Shown: piece by piece, positions 61,165 to 64,000 of the stretch
How positions within the stretch are numbered: the stretch's first letter is position 1
Layout of the letters: each line of letters starts with the position of its first letter
From: Felis catus
Taxonomy: Eukaryota
DNA length: 64,000 bases
Direction: 5' to 3'
Assembly: GCF_018350175.1 (NCBI RefSeq)
Contig: NC_058368.1
Location: 159,032,001-159,096,000 of the forward strand
Made by a program: the position numbers and the translations under genes
Notes under the pieces: model-generated
Told to the model about the DNA's origin: nothing
Database searches by the model: none
The model's input: only the letters and a program-made list of their open reading frames with translations

Positions 61165-62619
61165 CTTTTGTATGTTAGAAACAAGAAGATAACTAGTGAA
61201 TTGTATGCTCCACTTTCTGATTTTTCTTCTGTTTCTGTCCCCCAGGACTTATCCTTATGAGCCAGTAAACTAGCTGATAATAAGAGAGGTTACCTTCTAA
61301 TATAAACACCATTTATAGTATACAATTTTAAGGTAGAGTTTGGCCCTAATTGTTTTTTCATTCTCCTAAGGCATCTCTCTCTCTCTCTTTCTGGCTTATA
61401 TACAGTGCTAATATACTGGTACAGGAATACATTTAAAAAATGTTTTTACAGCAAACATCTGTTCTGATTGGGTTGGTGTCCATTCTGATCAGTACTATGT
61501 CAGATAGAAGGTTAAAGATTTTGAATGTCATTCTTGATTGAATGCATGTTTATACTTGATTAATTAATTTATTAAACATCTTGCTAAGAAATCTGGAATT
61601 CAGCTCCAAACTGAAGGCTCATTTCTAAGTTAAAGATAATTAGGTAAAAGACTCCTTTTTGCTAACGAGTATACATTTTTACTCCTATTCCAGCAAAAGT
61701 AAGAATTGAATATACATGCTGAAATGTAGAGTTCTGGAAATTACATCCAGGCACCTCTGCATCTAGAATTATTTTACAGGAGCAAAGCTGTTTGACTCAT
61801 AATACTGCACATGCCAGACAATTTATATGAATGCATCAAGACTTGGCACCAAGTAAATAAAAGCTCTTTCACGTATCCTCTGAATTCAATTTAGCAGCAA
61901 CAAAATGTTCAGCTACATATATTCATCATTTTTAATGGTACTCCTTGCAAAGTGCCTCATGGTAATTCTCTAAATGTCTCCTTCCCACAACTGATTGGAA
62001 AGCCATTATTTTATTTTAATTAGGACTTTGGGACTTGCACATCATCAGAGGAAATCATTCTTACCTTGTAGAGATACAGAAGATTTTTCAATTAAAATTA
62101 TATCAATTTTAGTACCAAAGAAACATAACCATGCTTAATTAACAAATAGAGGTTTAAAGTGAAACTACAGTTTTCTCTATTCTAGTAAATGTTAACTTGA
62201 ATAACTTTTTATGGTTTTCTGTGGAAGCTCTTCCTTGTGGGATTTAAATAAGGAAAAATACTGTGTTTTCCTTGATATTACCTTAAAATGGTTGACCTGA
62301 CTATGGTTAATGAAACCTATTTGAATTTCAAGGGCATACTCTGACTTTTGTAAGTCATAGGACTGGTTCTTTGTGTACTAGTCAAATAGGAGGAGTTTAG
62401 ATGTGCTATGCAGAGACTTTTTTCTCTAACCTTAATCTTTTCTTCTCTTTTCCAACTTCCTCTGAAGGTATTGTGGCCACATGGTTTTTCTCTGTCTTCC
62501 CCCTGTCTACACCTGCTCTCAGAAAATCACTGACAAGAAGACATGATTAATATGCATTATAACTGTTCCTTCCAATGGTAGATATGTTTTAGTCTGTATT
62601 CTGGATCATAATCTAATAT

Positions 62620-63115
62620 CAGAGGTCCCTAACTGATGGCTCCTGCCATCATCTGGCCTCCAGATGTGTTTTTAAAACATTTTGAACTAGTTGCTAAAAT
62701 TTAGAAATAAAGAGATTTCACAAGAACCTCCAGATTTCTGGTAGCTCTTGAGATATTTGAAGCAATCCTAGGCCCACCTTCCTGGATAGCAACAATAGGC
62801 TAAGGTTAGAGTTGTCAGATAAAACGCAGGATTGCCCAATTAAATTAGAATTTTCAGTAAACAATAAATAATGTTTTAATATGTGTGTGTCTCATGCAAT
62901 ATTGAAGACATACTAAATAAATACCTGAAATTTAAATTTAACTGGGCATCCTGTATTTTTGTTTGCTAAATCTGAAAAGCCTATATGAAGGTGAGCAATG
63001 ATTTTTCACCTTAAAGGGGGACATTTTGCTATAGACTCACTCCAGACCCACTAAGCCCTCTTCCTACCTTCATTTGGCCCATATCACTGATAAGCCTTTG
63101 AGATTTTCATTACTG
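62620..63115. mobile_element. MER102-like hAT element interrupted by MER53
   Basis: cagaggtcc...tctggcctccagatgtgtttt, gagatttcaca...ccagatttctgg, gcaacaataggct, then taaaggggaca...gcctttgagattttcattactg. Confidence 0.7.
62807..62983. mobile_element. MER53 palindromic hAT MITE
   Basis: tagagttgtcagataaaa...caggattgcccaattaaatt and aatttaactgggcatcctgtatttt...gctaaatctgaaaagccta; the arms are mutually complementary. Confidence 0.88.
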
Positions 63116-63354
63116 ACCTAAACTAAAGAACTTAGTTTATAATAGTATTTCAGTCTTCAGGGCTACAAACTCATTATTTTAGCCAAAATTATCCCACAAA
63201 AATATCTGTCAGATGTGAGGATCCCTGTGCCTTGGGCTTTTACCTATCCTTTCAAATGTCTTAGGGCTTGCCACGAGACTGGGACCTCAGCCTCTATCTA
63301 TGCTGACCCTATTCTAGGGTCTTTTCAATCTTTTCAGTGATTATCCTGCCAGGA

Positions 63355-63392
63355 TAAAAAAAAAAAAACAAAAAAAAACAAAAAAAAAAAAC
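63355..63392. repeat. Interrupted poly-A (AnC) tract
   Basis: Read directly. Confidence 0.9.
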
Positions 63393-63679
63393 AGAGTTCC
63401 TGGTTTTAGACCAATGAGAAGCCTTTAAATCTTGAAGGCTTTCCTTTTAAACCAGTAATTATGCCTCTGTGAATAGATTATAAAGCTTGAATCGAGGAGG
63501 GAAAAATGCCAGGGGAAAAAGTATTTATGCTATTAATATTCATAATTGCTAAAATTGGGAGCCAATCATAGTGTTTAGCAATGGGAGAAAGAGTAAAATT
63601 GTAGTACATATCCCTAGTGGGCTAACTTACCCTATTAGTCTTGTTTGGGAAGTGTTTACAGTCATTTGGAAAATTACAG

Positions 63680-63906
63680 GGTTAAGTCAAAAGAAATCCC
63701 AATATAAAGTACAATAGAGAATGTTACCATGATATGTAAAGAACCATATACGCAGAATAAGGAATAAATGCATAGAAATAAATCAAAATGATATTTCTGG
63801 TCATGTGTGGTTGCTAGAATTACAGGGAATGTTTCCTCTATTTTTTCTGTACTTTTTTTTTTTTCTAATTTTTCTATAATGAGTATGGTATTTATTTCTG
63901 CAACCA
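63680..63906 (+). mobile_element. Old L1 (L1ME/L1MC4-type) 3' terminus
   Basis: gttaagtcaaaag...gaattacagggaatgttt...aatttttctataatgagtatg...tttctgcaacca. Confidence 0.6.
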
Positions 63907-63923
63907 TATTTTGGATTTCTAGG

Positions 63924-64000
63924 GTTTGTTTTTTTGTTTGTTTGTTTGTGTTTTATTTTTTTTTCAACGTTTATTTTTTTGGGACAGAGAGAGACAGAGC
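63924..64000 (-). mobile_element. Tail of a young SINEC_Fc1-type SINE, cut by the window edge
   Basis: tttttcaacgtttattttttgggacagagagagacagagc, the same diagnostic tail as 16115-16337. Confidence 0.9.

Overview
AT-rich, CpG-poor mammalian genomic DNA, almost certainly from a cat-family (Felidae) genome: about 20 tRNA-derived CAN-SINEs, including two of the young SINEC_Fc1 type (16115-16337 and the cut-off copy at the right edge), plus carnivore L1 3' ends. The window reads as a long intron or intergenic region. I can support no protein-coding exon, RNA gene, CpG island or CRISPR-like array. The ORF track is explained by SINE/microsatellite read-through, decayed L1 ORF2 ends and chance. Much of the sequence is a layered record of transposons: L1, L2, MIR, ERVL/MaLR/ERV1 LTRs including a two-LTR MLT1 element, and hAT elements (MER20, MER5, Charlie, MER53 inside MER102). 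Repeat subfamily names come from my recall of consensus motifs, not from alignments. I found no clearly novel biological system. The best leads are all motif-level and untested: (i) a GATA-TATA-Inr-ATG-donor arrangement at 124-246 that could be a + strand first exon; (ii) a recursive-splice-site-like TAG|GTAAGA with a downstream RS-exon donor at 2131-2225; (iii) overlapping exon-like units on both strands at ~35.4 kb, inside a ~13.6 kb zone free of carnivore-era insertions; (iv) a perfect nuclear-receptor DR2 at 13342-13355; and (v) several readable mutational footprints (twin-primed L1, template-switch palindrome, SINE inserted into an L1 junction).
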